Part shown: piece by piece, positions 30,923-40,253 of the stretch | Numbering within the stretch: position 1 is the stretch's first letter | How the letters are laid out: every line of letters starts with the position of its first letter | DNA from: Betaproteobacteria bacterium RBG_16_66_20 | Lineage (GTDB): Bacteria > Pseudomonadota > Gammaproteobacteria > Burkholderiales > SG8-39 | Direction of reading: 5' to 3' | Assembly (NCBI GenBank): GCA_001770285.1 | Contig: MEQQ01000066.1 | Span: 15,058 to 68,089 of the forward strand | DNA: 53,032 nt | Made by a program: the position numbers and the translations under genes | Notes under the pieces: model-generated | Seen by the model: only the letters and a program-made list of their open reading frames with translations | Told to the model about the DNA's origin: nothing | Databases searched by the model: none

Positions 30923-31671
30923 GCGTCCTCGCCGTCAACGGGCTGTCGAAGGCTTTCGGCGGCGTGCGTGCCGTGTCCGGCGTGAGCTTCGCCGTCGATG
31001 CCGGCGAACTGCTTGCAATGATCGGACCGAACGGCGCCGGAAAGAGCACCTGCTTCAACATGATCAACGGACAGCTCGCGCCCGATTCCGGCTCGATCGA
31101 GCTGGAGGGCAAGAGCCTGGTCGGCAAGGCACCGCGCGAGATCTGCCGGTCCGGCGTCGGACGCACCTTCCAGGTCACCGCCACCTTCGGCTCGATGACC
31201 GTGCGCGAGAACGTGCAGCTTGCGCTGCTCTCGCATGCCCGCGCGCAGGGTTCCTTGTTTTCTTCCATGGAAGAAAGCTTCCTGGATGAAGCACACAAGC
31301 TGCTGCAACAGGTCGGAATGCGCGAGCAGGCCGACCGGCAGTGCGCGCTGCTCGCCTACGGCGACCTGAAGCGCGTCGAGCTCGCGGTAGCGCTCGCGTC
31401 GCGCCCGCGCCTGCTGCTGATGGACGAGCCCACCGCCGGCATGGCGCCCGCGGAGCGCGGCGCACTCATGCAGCTGGCAGCCGGCCTCGCGCGGGGCGAA
31501 AAAATCGCCGTGCTCTTTACCGAACACGACATGGACGTCGTGTTCGGCCATGCCGATCGCGTCATCGTGCTCGCCGACGGCGAGCTGATCGCCGAAGGCA
31601 GCCCGACCGAGGTGCGCGCGAACGCGCAGGTCCGCAGCGTCTATCTCGGCGGGGAGTACGGCGATGCTTGA
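30919..31671 (+). CDS. ABC transporter ATP-binding protein (LivG-like)
   Basis: GTG start. Walker A GPNGAGKST, the signature YGDLKRVELA, Walker B LLLMDEP and the LivG-type C-terminal segment are present. Confidence 0.9.
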   Translation: MSVLAVNGLSKAFGGVRAVSGVSFAVDAGELLAMIGPNGAGKSTCFNMINGQLAPDSGSIELEGKSLVGKAPREICRSGVGRTFQVTATFGSMTVRENVQLALLSHARAQGSLFSSMEESFLDEAHKLLQQVGMREQADRQCALLAYGDLKRVELAVALASRPRLLLMDEPTAGMAPAERGALMQLAAGLARGEKIAVLFTEHDMDVVFGHADRVIVLADGELIAEGSPTEVRANAQVRSVYLGGEYGDA

Positions 31672-32365
31672 ACTCAGGCGCGTCAACGCGGGCTACGGCC
31701 GCGCCCGGATCCTGTTCGACCTCGACCTGGAGCTGCGCCGAGGCGAGGTCGCCGCGCTGCTCGGGCGCAATGGCGCAGGAAAGACGACGGCATTGAAGGC
31801 CGCAATCGGCCTGCTGTCGTCTTTTTCCGGGAAGATCATCTTCAACAACAGGGAACTCAACAACCTGCAACCGTATCAGATCGCGCGCCTCGGCCTCGCC
31901 TACGTGCCCGAGGACCGGCGCATCTTCACCGACCTCACCGTGATGGAAAATCTCGAGGTCGGCCGCCAGCCGCGGCGCGCCGGCGCGCCGCACTGGACGC
32001 CGCAGAAGCTGTGCGAGCTTTTTCCCAACCTGGGCCGGATGCGCGACCGGCGCGGCGGCAGCATGTCGGGCGGCGAGCAGCAGATGCTGACCATCGCGCG
32101 CGCCTTGATGGGCAATCCGGTCGCCATCCTGCTCGACGAACCGTTCGAGGGGCTCGCGCCGCTGATCGTGGACCGCATCGCGAAGACAATCCGCGAACTG
32201 AAGCGCGAAGGCCTGAGCGTCCTGCTCAGCGAGCAGAACCTGCGCTTCGCGCGCCTGGTCGCGGACCGCGCCTGCATCATCGAAAAAGGCCGCCTGTGCT
32301 ACGCCGGCACCATGGCGGCGCTGGATGCGGATCCGGCGCTGCGCGAACGATATCTCTCCGTCTGA
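31664..32365 (+). CDS. ABC transporter ATP-binding protein (LivF-like)
   Basis: Walker A GRNGAGKTT, the signature MSGGEQQML and Walker B ILLDEP are present. It overlaps the upstream ATPase gene by 8 nt. Confidence 0.9.
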   Translation: MLELRRVNAGYGRARILFDLDLELRRGEVAALLGRNGAGKTTALKAAIGLLSSFSGKIIFNNRELNNLQPYQIARLGLAYVPEDRRIFTDLTVMENLEVGRQPRRAGAPHWTPQKLCELFPNLGRMRDRRGGSMSGGEQQMLTIARALMGNPVAILLDEPFEGLAPLIVDRIAKTIRELKREGLSVLLSEQNLRFARLVADRACIIEKGRLCYAGTMAALDADPALRERYLSV

Positions 32366-32478
32366 AGGAACGCCCGACGCCGCCTGCGATGCCCAGAATC
32401 CAGATGCCGAGCCCGAGCGCGAGCCCCGAGCCCACGGCGAACAGCCATCCGATAAACTCCAGGCTCAACAGGTCCATC

Positions 32479-32874
32479 GTGAGAATTCTTCCATTACTGC
32501 TCCTTGTTGTCAGTTCGCCGCTTCCGGCGCAGGCCACCCAGGCGGAACTCCGGTGCCGGCTCACCGCCACGGACTACGTCTACGACTGCAGCATCAAGCT
32601 GGCGCGAGGCGGCAAGCCGCTGCAGGGTCTTGGCGTTACGGTCGGGGCCGACATGCCCTCGATGCCGATGGCGCACGCCCTGAAGCCCGTGCAGGCGAAG
32701 CCCGGCAAATCTCCCGGCGATTACGAGGCGAAACTCGACCTGGAGATGCTGGGCGAATGGGCGGTGAAGCTGACTCTGCGCGGCCCGGTGACGGATCAGC
32801 TGGTACTGCTCTACGACTTCGACGAACGAGGCGCCCGGCCGGTCACTCGATCCGGCAAGCCTCCTCGAAGGTGA
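32479..32874 (+). CDS. Small secreted protein, YtkA/FixH-like domain (tentative)
   Basis: A GTG start gives a signal peptide ([19 protein letters not shown]). The mature part has the pattern [11 protein letters not shown] ... [25 protein letters not shown], reminiscent of YtkA/FixH-type immunoglobulin-like domains. The start is ambiguous (ATG 32389 is possible). Confidence 0.5.
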   Translation: MRILPLLLLVVSSPLPAQATQAELRCRLTATDYVYDCSIKLARGGKPLQGLGVTVGADMPSMPMAHALKPVQAKPGKSPGDYEAKLDLEMLGEWAVKLTLRGPVTDQLVLLYDFDERGARPVTRSGKPPRR

Positions 32875-33430
32875 GGCGCGGGTTGCGCGGCATCACCTTG
32901 GCCGGGTCGCCCTTGCCGATATTGACGAGAAAGTTCGATTTCCAGCGTCCGTCCGGAAAGAACGCGGCATCCACCTTCGCGTTGTCGAATCCCGACATCG
33001 GCCCGCAATCGAGGCCGAGGGCGCGCGCGGCGATGATGAAGTACGCGCCTTGCAAGGTACCGTTGCGGAAGGCGGTGTTCTCGTTTCCAGCCTTCTTTTC
33101 TTCGCCCTTGAAGGCGTTGATGGCATCGGGCCGGTGGGGAAAGGTCCTCGGCAGGTTCTCGTAGAACATCAGGTCGTGCGCGATGATCGCGGTCACCGGC
33201 GCGGCCATCGTCTTGTCGAGGTTGCCCGGGCTGAGCGCGGGTCGCAGCTTTTCCTTGGCCTCCCTCGACCGCACGAACAGGATGCGCCCCGGCTGCGTGT
33301 TCGAAGCGGTCGGGCCCCATTTCATGAGGTCGTAGAGCTCGCGCAGCTGGGCATCGCTCACGGCACCTGCAATCGCGTTGTGCGTCCGCGCCCGGCGGAA
33401 GATCGTATCGAGCGACTGCGCGTCGAGCAT
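32843..33430 (-). CDS. Nitroreductase-family protein (RutE/malonic semialdehyde reductase-like)
   Basis: [22 protein letters not shown] ... [21 protein letters not shown] is present. The start is set at ATG 33430, with GGAG 5 nt upstream. Confidence 0.8.
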   Translation of the reverse strand: MLDAQSLDTIFRRARTHNAIAGAVSDAQLRELYDLMKWGPTASNTQPGRILFVRSREAKEKLRPALSPGNLDKTMAAPVTAIIAHDLMFYENLPRTFPHRPDAINAFKGEEKKAGNENTAFRNGTLQGAYFIIAARALGLDCGPMSGFDNAKVDAAFFPDGRWKSNFLVNIGKGDPAKVMPRNPRLTFEEACRIE

Positions 33431-33473
33431 GTTTTCTCCGGATGAGGGCGGACGCAAATGTTAGCATCGCCGC

Positions 33474-34628
33474 ATGGCGCCCGACCTCGCGCGTTTCATC
33501 CGGCCCGGCGATGGAATCGTCCTCGGCCAGGCCTGCGCCGAGCCGCAATCGCTCGCCGAGGCGCTGGTGGCGCAGCGCGCGGCATTTTCCGGCGCCAGCG
33601 TGTTCCTCGGCGTCAATTACGCCGGGATCGTCAGGCCGGAGCATGCCGACCACCTGCGACTGTCGTCCTACTGCGGCGCAGGCCACAACCGCGCACTCGC
33701 CGACGCCGGCGTGCTGGACATCCATCCGCATCCCTACTCGCGCCTCGCGCCGCTGATCCGCGAGCGCAGGATTCCCTCCGACGTGGTGCTGCTCCAGGTC
33801 AGCCCCCCGAACGCGCGCGGCGAATACAGCATGGGATTGGCCGTGGATTACCTGTTGCCGGCGATCGAGGTTGCGCGCGCGGTGGTCGCGGAAGTCAACG
33901 CGCGGATTCCATGGACGCATACCGAGAAACTTCTCCGCAAGGAGGATTTCTCGCTGCTGCTCGAGGCATCGCGTGAACCCGCGATGCCGCCGCCCGCACG
34001 TTGCGGCGAAACGGAGAAAGCCATCGCGCGCCACGCCGCCGCCTTCATCCCGGACGGCGCCACGCTGGAATTCGGCCTCGGCGTCCTGCCCGACGCCGTA
34101 TGCGCCGCATTGCAGGACCGGAAATCGCTGAAGTTCCACTCGGGCACCATCGGCGACGGGGTCGCGGACCTGATGCAGCGCGGCGCCGCGGCCGCCGCCG
34201 ACTGCGCCATGCTGATCGGCACGCGCAAGCTGTTCGATTTCGCGCGCGACAACCCCGCCATCCGGCTGCGCTCCACCGAATACACGCACGACCCGCGGGT
34301 GCTCGCGTCGCTGCCGCGCTTCGTGGCGATCAATTCCGCGGTCGAAGTGGATCTCACCGGCCAGGTCAACGCCGAGGTCGCCAACGGCAGTTACCTCGGC
34401 GCGGTCGGCGGCGCGCTCGATTTCATTCGCGCCGCCACCTTCTCGCCCGGCGGCGTATCGCTGCTGGTGCTGCCGGCGGCGCGCATCGTAAAAACGATTT
34501 CCGGCCCGGTCTCGACTCCGCGCAGCGAGGCCGGCGTCATCGTCACCGAGCGCGGCGCCGCCGACCTGCGCGGCTGCACCCTGCGCGAACGCAGCCGAAG
34601 GCTGTCTGCCATCTCCTCATCGGGTTGA
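33474..34628 (+). CDS. Acetyl-CoA hydrolase/transferase-family protein
   Basis: FIRPGDGIVLGQACAEPQSL ... GATLEFGLGVLPDAV ... INSAVEVDLTGQVNAE ... GGALDF is the typical CoA-transferase family pattern. Confidence 0.78.
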   Translation: MAPDLARFIRPGDGIVLGQACAEPQSLAEALVAQRAAFSGASVFLGVNYAGIVRPEHADHLRLSSYCGAGHNRALADAGVLDIHPHPYSRLAPLIRERRIPSDVVLLQVSPPNARGEYSMGLAVDYLLPAIEVARAVVAEVNARIPWTHTEKLLRKEDFSLLLEASREPAMPPPARCGETEKAIARHAAAFIPDGATLEFGLGVLPDAVCAALQDRKSLKFHSGTIGDGVADLMQRGAAAAADCAMLIGTRKLFDFARDNPAIRLRSTEYTHDPRVLASLPRFVAINSAVEVDLTGQVNAEVANGSYLGAVGGALDFIRAATFSPGGVSLLVLPAARIVKTISGPVSTPRSEAGVIVTERGAADLRGCTLRERSRRLSAISSSG

Positions 34629-34639
34629 GGCTCTCAATC

Positions 34640-35371
34640 ATGGAACATCAGATTCCTGCTGCCGTCCGATCCGAACTCGTGCCGACCGGCAGGCTGCGTG
34701 TCGGCGTAAACCTCGGAAATTTCCTGCTTGTGAACAAGGATCCGGCGACCGGAGAACTGCGCGGCGTGGTCCCGGACCTCGCGCAGGAGCTCGGACGCCG
34801 GCTGGACGCGCAGGTGGAGCTGATCAGCTACCCCGGTGCCGGGCAGGTCGCGGATGCCGCGAAGACCGGCGCCTGGGACGTCGGCTTCATCGGTGCGGAG
34901 CCGCAGCGCGCCGAGGAGATCGCCTTCACCCCGGCTTACCTCGAGATCCCCGCCACTTACCTGGTGCCCGCCGGGTCTGCGATTCGCAGCCTCGCCGACG
35001 TCGACCGCAAGGGCGTGCGGATCGCGGTCTCGGCCAAGAGCGCCTACGATCTTTTCCTCAGCCGCAACCTGAAGCACGCGCAGCTGGTGCGCGCCGAAGG
35101 CATCCCCGCGTCCTACGCCCTGTTCGTCGCCGACAAGCTCGAGGTGCTGTCCGGACTCCTGCCGCGGCTGGTCACGGACGCGCAAGCGCTGCCCGGATCG
35201 CGCATCCTCGAAGGCCGTTTCACCGCGATCCAGCAGGCGATCGGCACGCCCAAGGCGCGCGCCGCCGGGGCCGCCTGGCTGCGCGAATTCGTCGCCGACA
35301 TCAAGTCCTCGGGCCTGGTCGCCCGCGCGATCGCGCGGCACGGCGTCAAGGGCGTCTCGGTCGCGCCCTAG
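34640..35371 (+). CDS. Family-3 solute-binding-protein-fold protein without an evident signal peptide
   Basis: ATG at 34640. LRVGVNLGNFLLV ... GVVPDLAQELGRRL ... WDVGFIG ... FTPAYLEIPATYLV is the SBP_bac_3 pattern. The N-terminus MEHQIPAAVRSELVPTG is not hydrophobic. Confidence 0.7.
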   Translation: MEHQIPAAVRSELVPTGRLRVGVNLGNFLLVNKDPATGELRGVVPDLAQELGRRLDAQVELISYPGAGQVADAAKTGAWDVGFIGAEPQRAEEIAFTPAYLEIPATYLVPAGSAIRSLADVDRKGVRIAVSAKSAYDLFLSRNLKHAQLVRAEGIPASYALFVADKLEVLSGLLPRLVTDAQALPGSRILEGRFTAIQQAIGTPKARAAGAAWLREFVADIKSSGLVARAIARHGVKGVSVAP

Positions 35372-35374
35372 TTG

Positions 35375-36580
35375 CTAAGACCCCGTCTTCTCGAGGCCGA
35401 AGACCTGCCGCAGGTAGGCGAGGTAACCTGGGTCCTTGCTCACGGTCTTGCCGGGAGCATCCGACACCTTGGCCACGGGCTGGCCGTTGCACTCGGTCAT
35501 CTTGATGACGACGTTGATCGGCTCGTAGCCGAGGTCGTTGGTGAGGTTGGTGCCGATGCCGAACGAGGTGAGCGCGCGCCCCTGGAAGCGCCGCGCGATC
35601 TCGATCGCGATCGGAACCGTGAGCTGGTCGGAAAAGATCAGCGTCTTGGTGCGCGGATCGACGCGGTTCCTGCGGTAATGCTCGATCATGCGCTCGCCCC
35701 ATTCGAACGGATCGCCCGAGTCGTGCCGCGCGCCGTCGAACAGCTTGCAGAAGTACATGTCGAAATCGCGCAGGAACGCGTCGGTGCCGTAGGTGTCGGC
35801 GATCGCGATGCCGAGGTCGCCGCGGTATTCCTTCGCCCAGACGTCGAACGCGAAGATCTGCGAGTCGCGCAGGCGCGGCCCCAGCGCCTGGCAGGCCTGC
35901 ATGTATTCGTGCGCCATGGTGCCGAGCGGCGTCACGCCGTGCTTCATCGCCAGCCAGACGTTCGAAGTGCCCGCGAAACGCGCGGGCACCTCGCGCTTCA
36001 GGGTGCCGATGATCTCCTCGTGCCAGGCGCGCGAGAAGCGCCGGCGGGTGCCAAAATCGGAAACCTTGAAAACCAGTTCCGGCCCGAGCCGGCGCACCAG
36101 CGCGACCTTCGCCTCGAGGCGGCGACGGCCCTCCGCCAGATCGGGCCTGGGCTGCGTGCGGCGGAAGTAGACCTCGGACACGATCGCGAGCACCGGGATC
36201 TCGTACAGGATGGTGTGCAGCCAGGGGCCGCGGATCGAAATTTCGATGCCCGGCTGATCGGCGACGCGTTTTACTTGTATGTATTTCTCGTTGAACTGGA
36301 ACAGGCCGAGAAAATCGACGAAATCCGACTTCATGAAGCGCAGGCCGCGCAGGTACTCGAGCTCGTCGTCGCGAAATCGCAGCCGGCACAGCTCGGCGAT
36401 CCCGGCGCGGATCTCCTCGGCGTGCGGCGCCAGGTCGACGCCCTCGGTGCGGCACCTGAACACGTACTCGACCTGCGCGCCCGGAAAGTGGTGCAGCACC
36501 ACCTGCATCATGGTGAACTTGTACAGGTCGGTGTCGAGCAGCGAATCGATGATCATCGAAGATATAGATAATAAATTCAT
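35375..36580 (-). CDS. pncB: Nicotinate phosphoribosyltransferase
   Basis: [34 protein letters not shown] and the conserved C-terminal half are present. The start is set at ATG 36580 (GAGG 10 nt upstream) rather than the track's 36706. Confidence 0.9.
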   Translation of the reverse strand: MNLLSISSMIIDSLLDTDLYKFTMMQVVLHHFPGAQVEYVFRCRTEGVDLAPHAEEIRAGIAELCRLRFRDDELEYLRGLRFMKSDFVDFLGLFQFNEKYIQVKRVADQPGIEISIRGPWLHTILYEIPVLAIVSEVYFRRTQPRPDLAEGRRRLEAKVALVRRLGPELVFKVSDFGTRRRFSRAWHEEIIGTLKREVPARFAGTSNVWLAMKHGVTPLGTMAHEYMQACQALGPRLRDSQIFAFDVWAKEYRGDLGIAIADTYGTDAFLRDFDMYFCKLFDGARHDSGDPFEWGERMIEHYRRNRVDPRTKTLIFSDQLTVPIAIEIARRFQGRALTSFGIGTNLTNDLGYEPINVVIKMTECNGQPVAKVSDAPGKTVSKDPGYLAYLRQVFGLEKTGS

Positions 36581-36600
36581 GACATTGTAACCTCGCGACC

Positions 36601-37233
36601 ATGTGTGGTCGCTATGCACTTCACGCCAATCCCGAGGTGGTGTCCCTTCTATTCGGGCTCTCGAAAGTTCCTGCCTATCAGCCGCGCTACAACATCGCGC
36701 CGGCATCGCAGGTCCTGATCATCCGGAAATATGAAGCCGCGATGGTCCGCTGGGGCCTCGTCCCGCGCTGGGCCAAAGATCCGTCCATCGGGGCGAAATT
36801 GAACAACGCCCGCGCCGAAAGCGTGGCGGAGAAGCCGTCGTTCCGCGATGCGTACCGCAAGCGCCGCTGCCTCATTCCGGCGAGCGGCTTTTACGAATGG
36901 AAGACCGAGGCCGGCCGCAAGCAGCCCTACTACGTGTTGCCGTCCGCGGGCGAGCTGTTCGCATTCGCCGGCCTGTGGGAGGAATGGAACGGGCCCGAGG
37001 GCGCGCTCCAGACCTGCGCCGTCATCACCACCGAGTCGAACGAAAAAATGCGCGCGGTGCACGACCGCATGCCGCTGATCGTCGCCCCGGAGGACTACCC
37101 CAGGTGGCTCGCAGGCGGCGCCGGGCTGCCGCGGCCCTGCCCGGCCGGCGCGATCGAAATCCGCAGGGTGAGCCGCGCGGTCAACAATGCGCGCAACGAC
37201 GCCGCCGGCCTGATCGAGCCCGACGGCAGCTGA
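36601..37233 (+). CDS. SOS response-associated peptidase (SRAP/YedK family, abasic-site processing protein)
   Basis: The invariant N-terminal MCGRY (Cys2), [23 protein letters not shown] and HDRMPLIV are present. Confidence 0.9.
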   Translation: MCGRYALHANPEVVSLLFGLSKVPAYQPRYNIAPASQVLIIRKYEAAMVRWGLVPRWAKDPSIGAKLNNARAESVAEKPSFRDAYRKRRCLIPASGFYEWKTEAGRKQPYYVLPSAGELFAFAGLWEEWNGPEGALQTCAVITTESNEKMRAVHDRMPLIVAPEDYPRWLAGGAGLPRPCPAGAIEIRRVSRAVNNARNDAAGLIEPDGS

Positions 37234-37234
37234 T

Positions 37235-37264
37235 TTGCGCCCGGCGGCAACTACTGGATATAAT
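37235..37264 (+). promoter_or_regulatory. Probable lexA promoter
   Basis: TTGCGC - 18 nt - TATAAT (37259..37264). The -10 element lies inside SOS box 1. Confidence 0.5.
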
Positions 37265-37287
37265 GCCAGCACTGAACAAGGGCACAG
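37254..37287. promoter_or_regulatory. Two tandem LexA (SOS) boxes
   Basis: CTGGATATAATGCCAG (37254..37269) and CTGAACAAGGGCACAG (37272..37287) both fit the beta/gamma-proteobacterial CTG-N10-CAG (CTGT-N8-ACAG) operator. They sit directly upstream of the lexA RBS GGAGG. Confidence 0.75.
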
Positions 37288-37303
37288 TGGCCCGGAGGCT
37301 GCG

Positions 37304-37933
37304 ATGAGCGAACCCCTGACCGAACGCCAGACCGAGATCCTGCGCCTGATCAAGGACCTCACCGAGGTGTCGGGTTTCCCGCCGACGCGCGCCGAGATCG
37401 CCGAGCGCATGGGCTTTCGCTCCGTGAACGCGGCCGAGCAGCACCTGCGCGCGCTGGAGCGCAAAGGCGCGCTGGAAATCTCCGCCGGATCCTCGCGCGG
37501 CATCAAGATCCGCGAGCGCGGCGGCCCGCGTCACGGGCGCCTGCTCGAGCTGCCGGTGATCGGCCGGGTCGCGGCCGGAAGCCCGATCCTCGCCGAAGCG
37601 CACGTGCAGGCACGCTATCAGATCGATCCCAACCTGTTCACGCCCCGCGCCGATTACCTGCTGCGCGTGCGCGGCCTGTCGATGCGCGACGCCGGCATCC
37701 TCGAAGGCGACCTGCTCGCAGTTCACCGCACGCAGGACGCGCAGAGCGGGCAGGTGGTGGTGGCGCGCATCGGCGACGAGGTGACCGTCAAGCGCCTGCG
37801 GCGCCGCGGACACGCGGTCCAGCTGCTGTCCGAGAACCCCGATTTCAAGCCGATCGAACTCGACCTGCGTCACGACGAAATGGCGATCGAGGGCGTCGCC
37901 GTCGGCGTGATCCGCAGCGGCAAAAGTCTGTAA
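37304..37933 (+). CDS. lexA: LexA repressor
   Basis: [12 protein letters not shown] ... FPPTRAEIA (winged HTH), the Ala-Gly cleavage site VAAGSP, the catalytic Ser (GLSM) and Lys (VKRL) are present. The start is set at ATG 37304. Confidence 0.95.
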   Translation: MSEPLTERQTEILRLIKDLTEVSGFPPTRAEIAERMGFRSVNAAEQHLRALERKGALEISAGSSRGIKIRERGGPRHGRLLELPVIGRVAAGSPILAEAHVQARYQIDPNLFTPRADYLLRVRGLSMRDAGILEGDLLAVHRTQDAQSGQVVVARIGDEVTVKRLRRRGHAVQLLSENPDFKPIELDLRHDEMAIEGVAVGVIRSGKSL

Positions 37934-38011
37934 GAACGCAGTCGCGCGGGCGGCCGCGCGGCCCCGGCCCGCGGGGGTCGCCTATAATGCAGGCCCAGTT
38001 TCCCGCCGCCG

Positions 38012-39805
38012 ATGAATTCCCCAAGCACCGCCGCGCCTCAGGTTTCCGCCGCCGAGAGTATCGACCTGCGCCAGTCGGCGGATCCGCGCCGCATCCTCGC
38101 CGACCGGGTCAGGCAGCTCTACAGCCAGATGCCGCTGGCGATCGTCGGCAGTTTCCTGATCAGCGCCATCGCGGCCTACGAGCTGCGCGAGGGGCGCTTT
38201 GTGGAGATCGTGGTGTTCTGGGCCGGCCTGGTGGTGCTCCTCACCCTCGCCTGCGCAGGCCTGTACTGGGGCTACCGCAAGAGCGCGCGCAAGATCGAAG
38301 AGGCCGCACAGTGGCTGCGATGGCTCGGCATCAGCGCGCTCGCGATCGGCGCGACCTGGGGTTTCGCCGGCGCGGTGTTCTTCCCTTCCCATGCCGACGA
38401 GCAGCAGGTGTTCCTCGCGCTGGTGATTTCGCTCCTGGTCGCGGCCGGCATCCCGATCTACGCGGTGTCCTGGCCGATCTACGCGGCGTACGCGGCGGGC
38501 ATCCTGTTCCCGTTCACCTATGTGCTGGCGACCTTCGGCAACAAGCTGTTCGCCGAAATCGCGCTGATCGTGCCGGCGTTCTACCTCCTCAACGTCGGCA
38601 TCGCCTACCGCCTGAACGGCGTGTTCGATTCCGGCTTCCGGCTGCGCCACGCCTACGGCAAGCTGACCGAGGACTACACCGCTCTCAACCAGCGGCTCGA
38701 GCAGCAGCTCGTCGAGCTGGAGGAGGCGCGCCGCCAGGTCGAGGCCTCCGGCAGGAAACTGGCGCTGTTCGCGGAGCGCTCGCCGATCGCGGTGTTCGAG
38801 TTCGACCCGGCAGGCCGGATCCTGAGCGCGAACCCTGCCGCCGAAACGTTGTTCGGTTTCAGTTCGCGCGAGATGGTCGGGCGTCCCGGCACCGATACCC
38901 TGTTCCCGAGCGGCGCGAAGGACGACATCCGCGCGCGCTGGCGCAGCCTGATCCAGTCGCGCGAGCCGGTATTCGGGCTGCGGCTGAGCAACACGCGCCG
39001 CGACGGCGCGGAAATCACCTGCGAGTGGAGCCTGACCCCGCTGGTCAATCCGGAGAACCTCGTCATCTCGGTGATCGTGCAGGGCCGCGACATCACGCAG
39101 CAGCTCGAGGCCGAGCGCATGAAGCAGGAATTCACCTCCACGCTGAGCCACGAACTGCGCACCCCGCTCACCTCGATCATCGGTTCGCTGCAGCTGATCA
39201 ATTCGGGCGTGCTGGGGGAGATCGAGAAGGACACGCTCGAGCTGACCACCATCGCCGAGCGCAACGGCCAGCGGCTGCTCGACCTCATCAACGACATCCT
39301 CGACGTGGAAAAGATCGAGTCCGGCAAGCTCACCCTGTTCCCCGAAGTCCTCGATCTGGGCGAGCTCGTCAACGAGTCGCTGGCCCTGAACCGGGGTTTT
39401 GCCGACGGCTTCAAGGTGCGCCTCGCCACCGCCGGCGAACTTGCACAGGTCAGGGTGAACGCGGACCGCAAGCGCCTGCTGCAGGTCATGACCAACCTGC
39501 TGTCGAACGCGGCCAAGTTCTCGCCCGAAGGCAGCGTCGTGGACGTCACCCTGGAAAATATCGACGGCGGCAAGGTGCGCGTCGGCGTGCATGATTGCGG
39601 CCCGGGTATCCCGGAGGATTTCCGCGACCGGATTTTCGGCCGCTTCGCCCAGGCCGACATGTCCTATACGCGCCAGAAGGGCGGCACCGGCCTCGGGCTT
39701 TCGATCTGCAAGCGCCTGCTCGAAATGATGGGCGGGCGGATCGGCTTTTCCGGACGCGAAGGCAGCGGCACCACCTTCTGGTTCGAGCTGCCGCAACAAG
39801 CCTGA
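38012..39805 (+). CDS. Sensor histidine kinase: multi-TM N-domain + PAS + HisKA + HATPase
   Basis: About 6 predicted TM helices are followed by a coiled-coil, a PAS domain (SPIAVFEFDPAGRILSANPAAETLFGF), the H-box STLSHELRTPLTSI, the N-box LLSNAAKFSP and the G-boxes DCGPGI / GGTGLGLSI. The 37982..40348 minus ORF is its antisense shadow. Confidence 0.85.
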   Translation: MNSPSTAAPQVSAAESIDLRQSADPRRILADRVRQLYSQMPLAIVGSFLISAIAAYELREGRFVEIVVFWAGLVVLLTLACAGLYWGYRKSARKIEEAAQWLRWLGISALAIGATWGFAGAVFFPSHADEQQVFLALVISLLVAAGIPIYAVSWPIYAAYAAGILFPFTYVLATFGNKLFAEIALIVPAFYLLNVGIAYRLNGVFDSGFRLRHAYGKLTEDYTALNQRLEQQLVELEEARRQVEASGRKLALFAERSPIAVFEFDPAGRILSANPAAETLFGFSSREMVGRPGTDTLFPSGAKDDIRARWRSLIQSREPVFGLRLSNTRRDGAEITCEWSLTPLVNPENLVISVIVQGRDITQQLEAERMKQEFTSTLSHELRTPLTSIIGSLQLINSGVLGEIEKDTLELTTIAERNGQRLLDLINDILDVEKIESGKLTLFPEVLDLGELVNESLALNRGFADGFKVRLATAGELAQVRVNADRKRLLQVMTNLLSNAAKFSPEGSVVDVTLENIDGGKVRVGVHDCGPGIPEDFRDRIFGRFAQADMSYTRQKGGTGLGLSICKRLLEMMGGRIGFSGREGSGTTFWFELPQQA

Positions 39806-39814
39806 GAGGACCCC

Positions 39815-40204
39815 ATGCCCGCGCAAGCGCTCAACCGCATCTGCTACGTAGAGGACGACGAGGACATCCAGAGGATCGTGCGCATGTCGCTCGAGCGCGT
39901 CGGCAAGATGACGGTCGAAGTGGTCGGCGATCCGTTGGTCGCGATCGACCGGATCATTGCATTCAAGCCCGATCTGGTGATGCTCGACTGGATGATGCCC
40001 GGGATGGACGGGCCGACGCTCTATCGCAAGATGCTGGAAACGCCTGAGACCAAATCGATGCCGGTGGTATTCATCACCGCCAAGGCCTCGCAACGCGAAC
40101 TCGACGAACTGCGCAAGCTGGGCGCCGCGGGCACCATCTCGAAGCCCTTTTCCCCCAAGGACCTGCCCGAGCAACTGCGCGCCATCTGGCAAGCATTGCC
40201 GTAA
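39815..40204 (+). CDS. Single-domain response regulator (CheY-like receiver)
   Basis: YVEDDEDI, the phospho-acceptor context DLVMLDWMMPGMDG, VVFITA and ISKPF are present. It lies 9 nt downstream of the kinase. Confidence 0.85.
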   Translation: MPAQALNRICYVEDDEDIQRIVRMSLERVGKMTVEVVGDPLVAIDRIIAFKPDLVMLDWMMPGMDGPTLYRKMLETPETKSMPVVFITAKASQRELDELRKLGAAGTISKPFSPKDLPEQLRAIWQALP

Positions 40205-40253
40205 GGCAACGCGCGCCAAAACCGGCTTGCCCGGAACTCGGGCCGCTGCAGGC

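Noticed and set aside
32277-32477. A minus-strand 66-codon ORF. Its first 37 codons lie in the livF/YtkA-like intergenic gap and encode a convincing-looking TM helix (MDLLSLEFIGWLFAVGSGLALGLGIWILGIAGGV), with GGAAG 10 nt upstream.
   Set aside because: Its third codon positions coincide with those of the open plus-strand frame, so high GC3 does not discriminate between the strands. The remaining 29 codons run antisense through the conserved 3' end of the LivF-like gene with poor codon bias. Its ATG would sit 1 nt from the opposite-strand GTG start, leaving no promoter space. I keep it as unproven rather than call it.
37945-37973. A GC-rich nested palindrome after lexA (CGCGGGC ... GGCCGCGCGGCC ... 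GCCCGCG) as an intrinsic terminator.
   Set aside because: There is no downstream T-tract, and such GC palindromes are common by chance at this composition. I left it unannotated.
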